Positions 49,001 through 56,821 of a DNA stretch of 64,000 bases are shown here, one piece after another. Numbering within the stretch: position 1 is the first letter of the stretch; each line of letters opens with the position of its first letter. The position numbers and the translations under genes are program-made. Under the pieces are notes generated by a model. That model made no database searches. It was given only the letters and a program-made list of their open reading frames with translations, and had not been told where the DNA came from. Source of the DNA: a virus. The stretch is from IMG/VR virus record IMGVR_UViG_3300025789_000020; one strand, written 5' to 3'.

Positions 49001-52000
49001 CAACATTTAACCCTGTATTGCTAGCTGCCGCAACTGGAACTAACTTATTAACAGTAAGTAGCACAAGTAATTTAGTTGTAAATCAATCTATTGTCTTTAC
49101 AGCAGTTACACAAGGTACATCAGCAACAGCTACAACATCAGCTACTGCTACTATGACAGGTAGCACGATTGGTGGAACTGGTGTACTAACAGTTGGCACA
49201 CTAACAGCAGGCACTATATCAGTTGGTATGGTGTTAACTGGTGGTAGCATTGGGTCAAACGTGTACATTACTGCTAACTTATTAGGTAGTGGTAGTGGAT
49301 CAACATGGCAAACTAGTACAACTACACCACAAACTAGTACTACAATTACAGGAACATTAAGTTCAGTAACAGTTGGTTCTACAACTGGCATGGTTGTTGG
49401 CGAAACATTTAACGCTGTAGCAGTTACAGCTTCTACAACAGCTACTCAAACAACTACAACAAGTGCTACAATGCTTAACAGCAGTATCACTAGTGGTATT
49501 TTAACAGTTGGTACTGTATCAAGCGGTATTGTTACAATTGGTATGGCACTAAGTGGATCTGGTGTAACAGCTGGAGCATACATTGTTGCTAACATCAGCG
49601 GTAACGGTACTAGTGCTGGTAGTCAATGGGCTGTAAGTTCTGTACAAACAACAAACGTTAGTACAACAACTATTACTGGTACAAGTTATGTTGTAACTGT
49701 AGCTAGCAATAGTAATATGGTTGTCGGTGAATCATTTGCTACAGGATCATCTGGCGCATTTGGTAACTTAGCTAACAGTGCAACTTACTATATTTTAACA
49801 ATTAACAGTACATATATTACAATCAGTTCTACTCCAGGTGGTGCACCTTTTGTATTAACCAATGCAACTGGTACAGTTACAATTACAGCTGGTGCGGCAT
49901 TAGGCGGATTAACTAGCGGAAGCACATACTATATCTTAACAATCCCAACTTCAAGTACAGTTACATTAGGTTCTAACTTTGGTACAAACCCAGTAAGTTT
50001 AATTAACGGTGTAGGTAACTGGACTGTAACAACTGGACAAACATTTAGTTCTGTTACAGCTGGTGTAACTTATTACATAACTCAAGTTAATAGCGGTAGT
50101 AGCACTATCCAAATTTCTGCTACTGTTGGCGGCTCAACTCTAAACTTAACTACTGCGGCTGCAGGAGCATGGACTTCTGTTGCTGGCGGAGTTTTAGGCG
50201 GTATTGTTTCCGCTACCCAAACTTATTATGTATTATCTAACAATACAGGTACTAACGTAATTACTGTAGCTACCAGCTATAACGGTTCAGCAGTAACATG
50301 GGTACTAGGTGGTGGTTCATGGGCCGCAAGTGCTGGTGTAAGTTTAGGTGGTCCTGTAGCAACAGTCGGTCAAGTAACCACAGTTGCCGCAGGAACTGGT
50401 GTAATTACTACAACACAAACTGTATCAGCTCTAGGTATTAGTGTTGGTTCTATGATTTACTTCACTAACGGTACTGGTACAGTGTTTGGCGGACCAACTG
50501 CTAACACAATTTACTATGTAAACTCTGCAAGCACTAATAGTGTAACAGTAGCTACATACTCAGGCGGCGCTGGAACTGGAACAGCTTATACAACATGGGC
50601 TGGCGGTTCAGGTACTATGAATATTAACGTTGTTAGCACTGGTCTAGTAACAGGTATTCCATACTATATCTTAACAGTTGGTTCTGGATATGTTACAGTT
50701 GGTTCAAGTTTTGGCGGTGCTCCGATTCCATTAACTTCAAGCACTGGTGATTCTTGGTCTACAGCATGTGGTACAATATTTGGCGGGTTAGTATCAACTA
50801 GCACATATTATATCCAACAGGTATTCTCTGGAACTAGTCAGCTACAAGTTAGCCAGACATTAACTGGAGCATCGTATACATTGACAAGTGGTGCAGGATC
50901 TTGGACTTCGACAGCAGGTGCCGCAACACAGATATCTACGTCAAATGACGGTATTAATTGGGTTGCACAAAACTTAACGTCAGTAGCTTCATGGCCTGCA
51001 ATTGCATTTGGCAATCCAAGTTCAACACCGTTGTGGGTTGCATGCTCATTGAATACTGCAATATTCAATACAGTTGTTACTGGTGCTACTGCAACACTAC
51101 GTTGTAAAGTAAGTGCAGGTGCAATTAGTGAATATCGTATGATAGAGCCAGGTAGCGGATATCTAAATTTACCATCAATTACTATAGTTGATCCTAACCA
51201 AACTAGTAGTGCTACACAAAATCCTCGAATTGGTATAGGCGCACTGGCAAATCCGATGTGGACTAACAGAGGATTGCAGTATGCAACTGGTACTGCTACA
51301 GTTACAGGTAATGGTTATGCTGATGAATATCAGACTACATCTTATATTAACGTATCAGGATTATATACTACACCTACAGCTGGCGCAAATATTCAAATTG
51401 CAGGTAACGGAAGTTACTATAAATTAGTACAAGTTACTAACTTATTAGGAACTGGTCCCGGACTTGCACCGTATACTGCGATTTTCCAAATTAGTCCAGC
51501 ATTTATTTCTGCTAATGCACCGGTGCATGGATCAGCAATGACGCTGAAATTGAAATATAGCCAAGTACGTTTAACAGGACATGACTTCTTAAGTATCGGT
51601 ACTGGTAATCAAACTACAACGAACTACCCAGGTACACCGTTACAAGCACCACAACCAACCCTACAAACTGTAGGAAATGGCGGCGGTCGAGTGTTCTATA
51701 CAAGTACTGACCAGGACGGTAACTTCCAAGTTGGTACATTATTCAGTGTTCAACAGGCAACTGGTGTAGCAAGTATTAACGCTGATGCGTTTAACTTGGC
51801 AGGATTGAACTCATTGACCCTGGGTTCTATATCGTTAGGTTCTAGTAATGCAACTATTACTCAGTTCTCAACAGACCCGTACTTTACAGCCAATAGTGAC
51901 AACATTGTGCCAACACAAAAAGCTATTAAATCATACATTAGTAGCCAAATTGGTGGTGGTTCTAGTGCTTTGAACGTAAATACACTTACAGCAGGTGTAA

Positions 52001-52131
52001 TTTATATCGCAGGAAACTCAATTTCAACTTCAACACAAGTTCAAATTTTAGTACCTGCAACTATGAATTTCACCGGAGCAAATGCAGGTATCAACGGGAT
52101 ACCGCTAGCAATGAACTTTTTATTACAATAA
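40009..52131 (+). CDS. Giant multidomain tail fibre/adhesin (4040 aa), paralogue of 34039
   Basis: Same domain order as the 1969-aa protein with large nested insertions; very Thr/Ser/Gly-rich. Confidence 0.75.
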   Translation: MAEFKLGRIKFVWQGNWSASTTYVKDDVVRYGGQTYMCVLGHTATSNFYTDLASGDWQIVSDGSTWTGAWVTSTFYKLRDIVSYGGRLYICNTPHTSAATTILGLEANQSNWDLYASSFNWVSAGWTVSTKYKVNDIVNYGANTYICNTAHTSASTTALGLENDISNWDIWTKGLAWTGAWTTSYRYRANDIVLYGGISYVCNTGHTSASTATLGLENDQSKWDYLHKGITYLGAWSGSSVRYKANDVVKYGADLWICGTAHTSSSTFATANWSVWIAGLQFYNSWSNGTTYQNGDIVTYGGYQYVSLTVNTGSTPSATSSDWSIFTTGFTLLGDWVSGTSYQTGNVVRLGGYTYVATLDNSVQTVTATATTNTTASNTGAFITGTTMTAAGTQTGTYSAGMTLTGGAVAVGTTITTVNTATMGNSSILGQTLTISGTITGTISIGMVVTGGAITAGTYITAGSGTSWTVNQTQSGVSSITITGTSYTVSSSQSVSSANITGSINAITVGSTAKLLPNLPLVFSGTTFGNIVANTTTYYVGTIISLTQFTVSTSSGGLPFTLVTASGSMTGTTNPTPPFTGYWSRLNSGIRWNPTTQTYSAISGTNVIGSGSSATFNVIASSTTYTVTVANGGTGYANTNTIKILGTSLGGISPANDLLITVTNVSGGVIQSGGISTTGYAVSWATATGYVAGDTVTFGSNSYICVAAHTSASGNRPDADVTGTYWNVLAVGSVTNVLTTQGDTIYYGGAGPTRLPIGTDGQVLRTSTVAGQLTPQWAYFGVINNVVYVAPTGTDVLGNGQGQTLDKPWQTVRYAALQVENGYLNTSAQALLAKNKQFMMKEITNFIIYNYTVTITATTGGSPGTGTNSTFTCNSTAYLSLYMPIVFSVTSVNVTAGVTYYISNIVDATHFSISTSYGGTTQALTATGNIGQTATLVYNSAKCERDVGYLVDAAIFDIGHGGNQKNTSAAQSYFNSTGNPITTSFGYQISQSVTAYTYLKNSLFAAVLGNTAPSSNYQTLNGISSGNQAKQIIDVSLTAETGSLTAVQTNLSIVTNALTASSGVVLTGVVIAGTSGQLTVPAGTYTVGASILVTGTNTGTGTISSNTIYYIMTGGTNVSSIQVTNSYANATSSPAVAGTVTAAGTTTGLTFTFFPGVTVAAAQLPQTSIMVKTGNYSEILPIVVPSNTAIVGDELRGTVIQPAGAVANLVNDKPKSVLALTRTKALLSNLVTNTSITPTSGNTASQVTSLPAGDTGSTAAANTVINSTALISNIFTNGLAVAPTYTFTNPTNYNTSFLVGYGDAKAQIVQNYNFIKAQISQYIYNNYLSVYNAINVANCQRDVGYILDALQYDMTYGTNMQTNIAGSAYYSYGVLTEAATEKVATIAAYTQLKSIIGQVATATLVTAQTATNASITGYTIGTALYVSSTVSGTIQVGQVITGAGIASNTIVTAYNSVSSNWTISISQTVGSIGSPIAITGAYPTQVQTGTAGSANAAIYAQARIQNIIDWITNNAQTTTVVTTTGSSIGPSSTTLTIGTLVSGTIAVGQLVTGTGVAPGTYITANISGSGNGSTWTVSVSQTVASSAIGMQSSFTPSDAGTVGLSSASLQTAFNALVAKKTEIQSDTTVWVQKYFQSLNFNTATCYRDAGYIVDALCYDLVLGTNFNSIIVGKSYYRAITSAQTVLLNQTQAEIGAIGFIGYKAKLIAASGSAAQASVMIDDIIATINGQVTTTATAFNSSGNVITLATTVGVYVGMPVVFTSGSQGGTQQNQTYWVLTVNNSTNQITITATYASASTFTLTTAASTNVSVTIGANVQTHGTLTYNNTLSTINGAEIIRANINFLAYESAAYITASYGGTVSGTNSTGNLITTTGNHNFVAGDPVTFTGTVGISNIVAGTQYYVLAAGLTATSFAITATQFSLTPVQITTATLGSLTVSYSYNLAKCVRDTTSYLNAIIYDLNFTGNYKSLRAAQLYNNAVGGSVTQNMFLLRNGTGLRNMTMTGLTGTLGPANAFGTKRPTAGAYSSLDTGFGPNDSNVWIYARSPYTQNCTMFGYGCVGMKIDGSLHAGGNRSIVANDYTTILSDGIGVWCTGSSSLTELVSVFCYYSYAGYLAELGGRMRATNGNSSYGTYGTLAEGGDTYEVPVTAAINNRSSQATVTNVFTDSTNAIYRFEFFNAGSGYNSATWSIGGTGYNAAVVANEFRDNAVFEVRPLTGGANYVTQSNVAQAGTLYQINLAATDSAISAAYVGMRINLTGGTGNGQTGYIVNYNSGTKLANVAKESFVPITLTLCSTSTFTTSSNTNTLYANMPIYFSGSSTFGGNNITPLTTVYWVIGASLSSGGTTFSVAASSGSSTPVVLTAGSGTMLVNAAGWDHVVPGTVNATNLDLTTTYIIEPRVTASAPGFTPSLGTQVVNAAGWADVAYGDTNVTYNSVSGTIGLGTGTLSSGTGATFTVVRTGVAYAVTIATGGTLYTIGNTITLPGTSLGGVSTTNDITIIVTNINTTTGAITNFTYTGVGSGGYYVAITSNGNATQYSANGTTWTAGGTLSSSTTWTAIAYGGGTWVAIAKGGTLSNYATTPLTWTASSAMPATANWSAIAYGNGRFMAVASGSANAAYSTNGQNWTNTNALPSSSTWNGVAYGGTIWVAIAGGVSGSTVAASSADGTTWTARTLPSSQNWTSVSFGKNIFVAIAASTTATAYSIDGITWKSSGAGMAVSLPWSKVRYGQGLFLAAPASQNQTITATSSTSATFAGYISAVTGISGTTGTVLTVTGSVVGTIAVGMNLSGGGTQNGTYIVSTGTGSGGTGTYNVSIANNVGTTGSPASFTGVNNLITVSSTTGIVAGETFIPTAVTQTPTATATTNATATMTSSSIAVTTGILTVGTLSTGTIYVGMVLTGGSIAAGVYITANISGTGNGSTWQTNTTTAQSSTTITGTLSSITVSSTAGLVPGESFVSTSSTQSTSVVSTAASSANITLANSTGIAVGEPIVFTAATFNPVLLAAATGTNLLTVSSTSNLVVNQSIVFTAVTQGTSATATTSATATMTGSTIGGTGVLTVGTLTAGTISVGMVLTGGSIGSNVYITANLLGSGSGSTWQTSTTTPQTSTTITGTLSSVTVGSTTGMVVGETFNAVAVTASTTATQTTTTSATMLNSSITSGILTVGTVSSGIVTIGMALSGSGVTAGAYIVANISGNGTSAGSQWAVSSVQTTNVSTTTITGTSYVVTVASNSNMVVGESFATGSSGAFGNLANSATYYILTINSTYITISSTPGGAPFVLTNATGTVTITAGAALGGLTSGSTYYILTIPTSSTVTLGSNFGTNPVSLINGVGNWTVTTGQTFSSVTAGVTYYITQVNSGSSTIQISATVGGSTLNLTTAAAGAWTSVAGGVLGGIVSATQTYYVLSNNTGTNVITVATSYNGSAVTWVLGGGSWAASAGVSLGGPVATVGQVTTVAAGTGVITTTQTVSALGISVGSMIYFTNGTGTVFGGPTANTIYYVNSASTNSVTVATYSGGAGTGTAYTTWAGGSGTMNINVVSTGLVTGIPYYILTVGSGYVTVGSSFGGAPIPLTSSTGDSWSTACGTIFGGLVSTSTYYIQQVFSGTSQLQVSQTLTGASYTLTSGAGSWTSTAGAATQISTSNDGINWVAQNLTSVASWPAIAFGNPSSTPLWVACSLNTAIFNTVVTGATATLRCKVSAGAISEYRMIEPGSGYLNLPSITIVDPNQTSSATQNPRIGIGALANPMWTNRGLQYATGTATVTGNGYADEYQTTSYINVSGLYTTPTAGANIQIAGNGSYYKLVQVTNLLGTGPGLAPYTAIFQISPAFISANAPVHGSAMTLKLKYSQVRLTGHDFLSIGTGNQTTTNYPGTPLQAPQPTLQTVGNGGGRVFYTSTDQDGNFQVGTLFSVQQATGVASINADAFNLAGLNSLTLGSISLGSSNATITQFSTDPYFTANSDNIVPTQKAIKSYISSQIGGGSSALNVNTLTAGVIYIAGNSISTSTQVQILVPATMNFTGANAGINGIPLAMNFLLQ

Positions 52132-52151
52132 AATTAACGGAGAAATAAAAC

Positions 52152-52472
52152 ATGGCAACAGGAAGATTAGGATACGCAGACCTTTCAGCGGTTACCTGGA
52201 CCGTAGTATACACAGTTCCAACAAACACGTTTACAGTAGCTACTTTAAACATTGTTAATAGGAGCAATTCGGCAGTTTCAGTGTCTGTGGCATTATCCAC
52301 TTCCACTACGCCAGCAGCCGGTGAATATCTTGAATACCAGTGTGAAGTTTTAGCACACGGGGTCTTGCAATTAACAGGATTGGTGTTAAATGCTGGTTTA
52401 AACCTATTAGCATACTCAACCACCGCAAACGTTGGCGCAATGGCATTCGGCATTGAGACTTCAACGGTATAA
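52152..52472 (+). CDS. Small beta-sandwich fibre-associated protein (paralogue 3)
   Basis: VYTVP..VATLNIVNR...GLVLNAG; similar to 29196 and 33319. Confidence 0.65.
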   Translation: MATGRLGYADLSAVTWTVVYTVPTNTFTVATLNIVNRSNSAVSVSVALSTSTTPAAGEYLEYQCEVLAHGVLQLTGLVLNAGLNLLAYSTTANVGAMAFGIETSTV

Positions 52473-52475
52473 ATA
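52468..52475 (+). promoter_or_regulatory. Perfect T4 late promoter TATAAATA
   Basis: Overlaps the upstream stop; would drive the 52497-56783 cassette. Confidence 0.7.
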
Positions 52476-52496
52476 CACTGATAAAGGAATATTCAC

Positions 52497-52820
52497 ATGG
52501 GACGATATATCACAACAACTGGAACAGCTGGATCTGTAGTTAGGATTAATGCTGGTACCAACTACCAAGCATTAGTTAACGACAGAATTCTATGCACAGC
52601 TGGTGGACAAACAATTACACTACCTTCTTATACAACTAGCTTAGACGGCGACACTGTACAGGTTATTGATGTAGGTGGAAATTTTGCCTCTTCAAACTGC
52701 ACGATTGGTAGAAACGGTTCAACTATCCAAAGTTTAGGCCAAGATTTAACAGTTAACGTAGCTTATGTTACAGTAACATTGGTTTATAGTACAGCGGCTG
52801 GTTGGATCATCATTAAATAA
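52497..52820 (+). CDS. Small tail-fibre-like domain protein
   Basis: TITLP....GDTVQVIDVGGNF....TIGRNG..I....DL.V......TLVY...GW, a motif seen in T4-like fibre proteins. Confidence 0.65.
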   Translation: MGRYITTTGTAGSVVRINAGTNYQALVNDRILCTAGGQTITLPSYTTSLDGDTVQVIDVGGNFASSNCTIGRNGSTIQSLGQDLTVNVAYVTVTLVYSTAAGWIIIK

Positions 52821-52832
52821 AAGAGAAGCAAT

Positions 52833-53588
52833 ATGTCAAATTTAAGAGACTTGCTTCCTTCAAGTGCGCCTAATACAGCCTACAAACAGCAGGTGATTAG
52901 TGTGTATAACACTAACATTGACTCTGTTTCAAATGGCGGTGCATGCTGTTGCTGGGTAGTGCCAACTGGCGTTACTTGGGCAGTATTTGAAACATGGAGC
53001 GGCGGCGGAGACGGTGCAGGTGCATGTTGTTGTATGGGTCCGTATTGGGGACCTGGAGGCGGCAACTACAGTAAAAAATATCTACCAGTAACATCTGGCA
53101 CTTACTTTATCCTATGCGGCGGTGGCTCAGGCTGTTGCGCACAGCAGTGTTGTGGTACATGTGGATTATCAAGTTTCGCACTTTGCGCAAACAACACAAA
53201 CGTAGCATATTCATGCGGCGGATACATGGGATGTGTATTGTGTTTTAGAACATACATGGGCTGTACTGGTATTTGTATACCTAGTTGCTCATATGGTTGC
53301 TACTCATTAAACTACGATCTTACAATGCCTTCAGTATCAAGCCCAAACAAAGTAAGTAATTACTGCTGGAGTAACCAATGGGAATGGTCACATGGAGTTT
53401 CAAAATACGGTAATTACATTCGTCAAGGTATGGATTACTGCTTAGTTAGTTTAACAATTTCAGGCCGCAATATGATGTGCGGCGCAAAATGGCCAGGCGG
53501 CGCAGGTAATAGCGCAACTGCTTGCGGCGGCGGATGCTGTTGGGGTGGTTGGGGTGCAGGCGGCTTAGCCATGGTAACATACGGATAA
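52833..53588 (+). CDS. Cys/Gly-rich protein A (glycine-rich adhesin-like domain)
   Basis: WVVPTGVTWAVFETWSGGG..GACCC; 26 Cys in 251 aa; ends GGWGAGGLAMVTYG. Confidence 0.7.
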   Translation: MSNLRDLLPSSAPNTAYKQQVISVYNTNIDSVSNGGACCCWVVPTGVTWAVFETWSGGGDGAGACCCMGPYWGPGGGNYSKKYLPVTSGTYFILCGGGSGCCAQQCCGTCGLSSFALCANNTNVAYSCGGYMGCVLCFRTYMGCTGICIPSCSYGCYSLNYDLTMPSVSSPNKVSNYCWSNQWEWSHGVSKYGNYIRQGMDYCLVSLTISGRNMMCGAKWPGGAGNSATACGGGCCWGGWGAGGLAMVTYG

Positions 53589-53601
53589 AAAGGATATAAA
53601 A

Positions 53602-54297
53602 ATGGATCAACAAGAAAAAGAGAATTTTGAGAATCCCCGAGTTGAGGTAACATTTACCTATGACATCGCTGATCAATATCTCTATCAAACAAATACACTA
53701 AAGAAAACTGCGCAATGGACTTATAAAGGTCCAGAGCATCTATGGATCTTTATTGACAAAGCTACTATGAAAATTTCTAGTCGTTTCCACTATACACTAC
53801 GTGACGATGGTCACCTAGTACCATGTCCAGAAGATATGATCAAAGTAGAGCTGGATGCTAAGAAGTGGCCATGTATTGCTAGTCTAATACACAATGAATA
53901 CACATATGGTGAATTGCCTCATACTTTAGAACAATTACCTGATGGTGCAACATACGGTCACCCAGATCCTATTCCACCAGACCACACATATGAACTAATT
54001 GAAATTGTATGGGATGCTGACAAACAAGACTTTGTTACTCCATATCCATGGAAAAAGCCACATATGGATTGGGATACATTAACAGCCGCACGTGATGCAA
54101 TTCTAAAGAATACAGATCAACCTTATCATCAAGCAATTGATCCAGTTATTAAACAAAAATTATCAGAGTACCGTCAAAAGTTACGTGATCTTCCAAAGAC
54201 ATTTGCAGGTATTGACCCATGGAAAGTTCCATTCCCGACAGATCCAGTTGCTGTGGTAATGCCAACTACTCCAGGCGATCTTGGTCCTAAAGTATAA
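53602..54297 (+). CDS. Tail-fibre assembly chaperone-like protein 1
   Basis: C-terminal W..L...RD.IL..TD...YRQKLRDLP motif of phage tail assembly chaperones; PPDHT motif. Confidence 0.7.
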   Translation: MDQQEKENFENPRVEVTFTYDIADQYLYQTNTLKKTAQWTYKGPEHLWIFIDKATMKISSRFHYTLRDDGHLVPCPEDMIKVELDAKKWPCIASLIHNEYTYGELPHTLEQLPDGATYGHPDPIPPDHTYELIEIVWDADKQDFVTPYPWKKPHMDWDTLTAARDAILKNTDQPYHQAIDPVIKQKLSEYRQKLRDLPKTFAGIDPWKVPFPTDPVAVVMPTTPGDLGPKV

Positions 54298-54315
54298 TCT
54301 GGAGAATATTATAAT

Positions 54316-55071
54316 ATGAGTAGCTTAACACAGTTTTTTCCAGACAGTAGATATATATTTAATATCCCACAAACCTACGGTAACTTGTATGTATACAACG
54401 GTAACACTGGTGCCGCAGTTCAGGACGGTGGAAAATGCTGTTTATGGGTTGTTCCAGCTGGGGTAGCCTGGGCTAAATTTGAAGTCTGGGGAGCAGGCGG
54501 TGATGGAGGTGGCGCATGTTGCTGTCAACAACCTTCACAAGGTGGAGGTTCAGGTACTTACTCACGTAAGACTATTCGTGTAGTTCCAGGACAATGCTAC
54601 TTAATCTGTGCAGGTGGGTCAGGATGTTGTGCCCAAGATGCTCACGGTACTGCTGGTTTCCCAAGTTTTGCACAAGGTGCAGGTACAGTTACCTATTCAC
54701 TAAACTTGTGTTCAAGTGGCGGATACGGTGGTCAAAGTTGTTGCTGGGCGGCAATTGGTGGTAACTACCACTGTGCAACTAACGTATGCGGATGCGCATG
54801 CGGATATGACTTAGCAATTTGCGGAGTTACTGGTGCATCACACGAAGGTTGGTGCGGATATGACTCATGGCACATGATGGGATCTCCAACATATATTGGT
54901 GCAGGTACACGTACATCATTCACAGAATGTGGTGAATCATGGATGGGATGTGCAATGAGCGGCAACTTTAATGCTTGGCCAGGTGGTGGCGGTGGAACTG
55001 CAATCAGTTATGGCGGGTGTTGTTGGGGCGGTTGGGGCTCAGGCGGCCTAGTCCAAGTAACTTACAGATAA
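54316..55071 (+). CDS. Cys/Gly-rich protein B
   Basis: Paralogue of 52833; 22 Cys; GACCC; ends GGWGSGGLVQVTYR. Confidence 0.7.
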   Translation: MSSLTQFFPDSRYIFNIPQTYGNLYVYNGNTGAAVQDGGKCCLWVVPAGVAWAKFEVWGAGGDGGGACCCQQPSQGGGSGTYSRKTIRVVPGQCYLICAGGSGCCAQDAHGTAGFPSFAQGAGTVTYSLNLCSSGGYGGQSCCWAAIGGNYHCATNVCGCACGYDLAICGVTGASHEGWCGYDSWHMMGSPTYIGAGTRTSFTECGESWMGCAMSGNFNAWPGGGGGTAISYGGCCWGGWGSGGLVQVTYR

Positions 55072-55084
55072 GGCGCAAATAACT

Positions 55085-55846
55085 ATGTCAGATTTAAGAT
55101 CATTAATGTACACGCTAAATTATTCAGCTGGTACAAACTATCCTACAGAATTACTAGTATACAATACTAGTTATAACTCAGGAGCAAACGGCGGACAATG
55201 CTGTAACTTCGTAGTGCCAGCTGGCGCATCTTTTGTCACATTTGAAATGTGGGGTGGAGGCGGTGGTGGCTCTGGAGCATGTTGCTGTATGCAATCATGG
55301 CCAGGTGGTGGCGCAAGTTATTCTGTAAAAACTGTGTATAGTTCAGCCCTTGCAGGATGCTCATACACAGTATGTGCCGCAGGTACAACGTATCAATCAG
55401 TTAACTGTATTGGCTGCGGTGGCAATACTAGTTATGTTACAGGTTATGGCTTAAGTAACTTCTGTGCTAACGGTGGTAGTTATGGAAACGCTACTTGCTG
55501 GTTGTATTTCTCATGCTATACATGTTCAACAGAAATGCCATATTGCTGTTGCGCATACGGTGGCGACGTAAATATCCACGGTATTCAAAGTGGGTATACT
55601 GGTAGTACATGGTGCGCACAGTACGGACAACAACACGCTCAAACTGCTCCGGCAGCACAATCAGGTCCATTCTATGGCCCAGGTGGCTGTATTAACGGAA
55701 GTCAACAAGGTAACTTAGGTTGCTCTGGTTGGTTTGGTTATACTCCATTCCCAGGCGGTGGTGGCCTAAGTGCGCAAGCCTACGGCGGTAGCTGTTGGTG
55801 TGGCGGCATGGGCGGCGGCGGTTTAGTTTCAATTACATACGGATAA
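55085..55846 (+). CDS. Cys/Gly-rich protein C
   Basis: Paralogue of 52833; 21 Cys; GACCC; ends GGMGGGGLVSITYG. Confidence 0.7.
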   Translation: MSDLRSLMYTLNYSAGTNYPTELLVYNTSYNSGANGGQCCNFVVPAGASFVTFEMWGGGGGGSGACCCMQSWPGGGASYSVKTVYSSALAGCSYTVCAAGTTYQSVNCIGCGGNTSYVTGYGLSNFCANGGSYGNATCWLYFSCYTCSTEMPYCCCAYGGDVNIHGIQSGYTGSTWCAQYGQQHAQTAPAAQSGPFYGPGGCINGSQQGNLGCSGWFGYTPFPGGGGLSAQAYGGSCWCGGMGGGGLVSITYG

Positions 55847-55850
55847 AAAA

Positions 55851-56783
55851 ATGGCAGATTTAACAACAAATACAATTATTGAAAAAACATTTACGTATGA
55901 TGTGCCAGATGACTATCTAAGTACAGAGCGTACTTTAAATAAAACAGCAACTCATACGTATAAAGGCCCAAACAAAATTTGGGTATTTGTAGACAAAGAA
56001 ACAAATAAGTATGCAGGTCCGTGGCTTACCGAAGCAGAAGACGGCGCTGATGTTCCAGAACCATTGCACAAAACTAAAGTAATGGTTGACTGCGAAACAA
56101 ATCCTATTATCTGTCAAATTATCGGTGCTGATATTTTACATCGTACACCATATGACGAGCTTGAGCAACTTTCAGAAACATTACCAGACGGCAGTGTATA
56201 TACTCGTGTGAAAGATACCCCTCCAGATCATACTCACGATCACACTGAATTAACTTGGAATCCTACAACTAGTACGTGGGTACTACCTGCATTTAGAGAG
56301 CCACATGTTACATGGCACGATCTTAGAAAATGGCGTAACAACTCATTAACTACAACTGATGCATTAGTAGCAGATGATACTCCTGACAGTCATAAAGCTT
56401 CTTGGGAAGAATTCCGTCAAAAACTACGCGATATGCCACAAGTACACGGTGCAGTTAATGTAGAGCATGATGCTGATGTTACAGCAACAGCTCCTGTTAA
56501 CACACCACATCAATTTGTTATTCAATTAACTGATGTCACTGGTATTATAGCTGATATGTGGGTAAGTAATACAGATTGGACATTGCAAAATGGGTTATTT
56601 GACCCAGGTGCAATTACTTCAGTAGTAAGTGTTGACGCTGTTACAAAACAAGTTACATTAAGTACTCCAATTATTCGTCAAGTTGAAGATACAAACAAGG
56701 CAATTAAGTTTCACGGTGAACCAACTACTAAACCTTGGAAGTGGCAACCTATAAAAAGTCCAGACGGCACATACGGTGCTTAA
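55851..56783 (+). CDS. Tail-fibre assembly chaperone-like protein 2
   Basis: Paralogue of 53602 (TFTYD..D.YL...TL.KTA..TYKGP, PPDHT, WHDLRKWRN..L..TD...FRQKLRDMP) with an extra C-terminal beta module. Confidence 0.7.
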   Translation: MADLTTNTIIEKTFTYDVPDDYLSTERTLNKTATHTYKGPNKIWVFVDKETNKYAGPWLTEAEDGADVPEPLHKTKVMVDCETNPIICQIIGADILHRTPYDELEQLSETLPDGSVYTRVKDTPPDHTHDHTELTWNPTTSTWVLPAFREPHVTWHDLRKWRNNSLTTTDALVADDTPDSHKASWEEFRQKLRDMPQVHGAVNVEHDADVTATAPVNTPHQFVIQLTDVTGIIADMWVSNTDWTLQNGLFDPGAITSVVSVDAVTKQVTLSTPIIRQVEDTNKAIKFHGEPTTKPWKWQPIKSPDGTYGA

Positions 56784-56792
56784 TATGACAAC

Positions 56793-56821
56793 AAAAAAGC
56801 ACCCTAGGGTGCTTTTTTTTA
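56793..56821. terminator. Bidirectional intrinsic terminator
   Basis: AAAAAAGCACCC-TA-GGGTGCTTTTTTTT between convergent genes. Confidence 0.9.

Noticed and set aside
37471-52453. Many antisense and alternate-frame ORFs of 60-206 aa in the track (also at 898, 2519, 5870, 11869, 22796-23663, 61866)
   Set aside because: Shadows of Thr/Gly/Ser- or Glu-rich sense genes with strong codon bias; no SDs or recognisable motifs.
52833-55846. Cys-rich ORFs as RiPP precursors or metallothioneins
   Set aside because: At ~250 aa with a glycine-rich adhesin-type framework, under a late promoter and interleaved with tail chaperones, and with no radical SAM, YcaO or lanthionine enzymes in the window, a virion role fits better.
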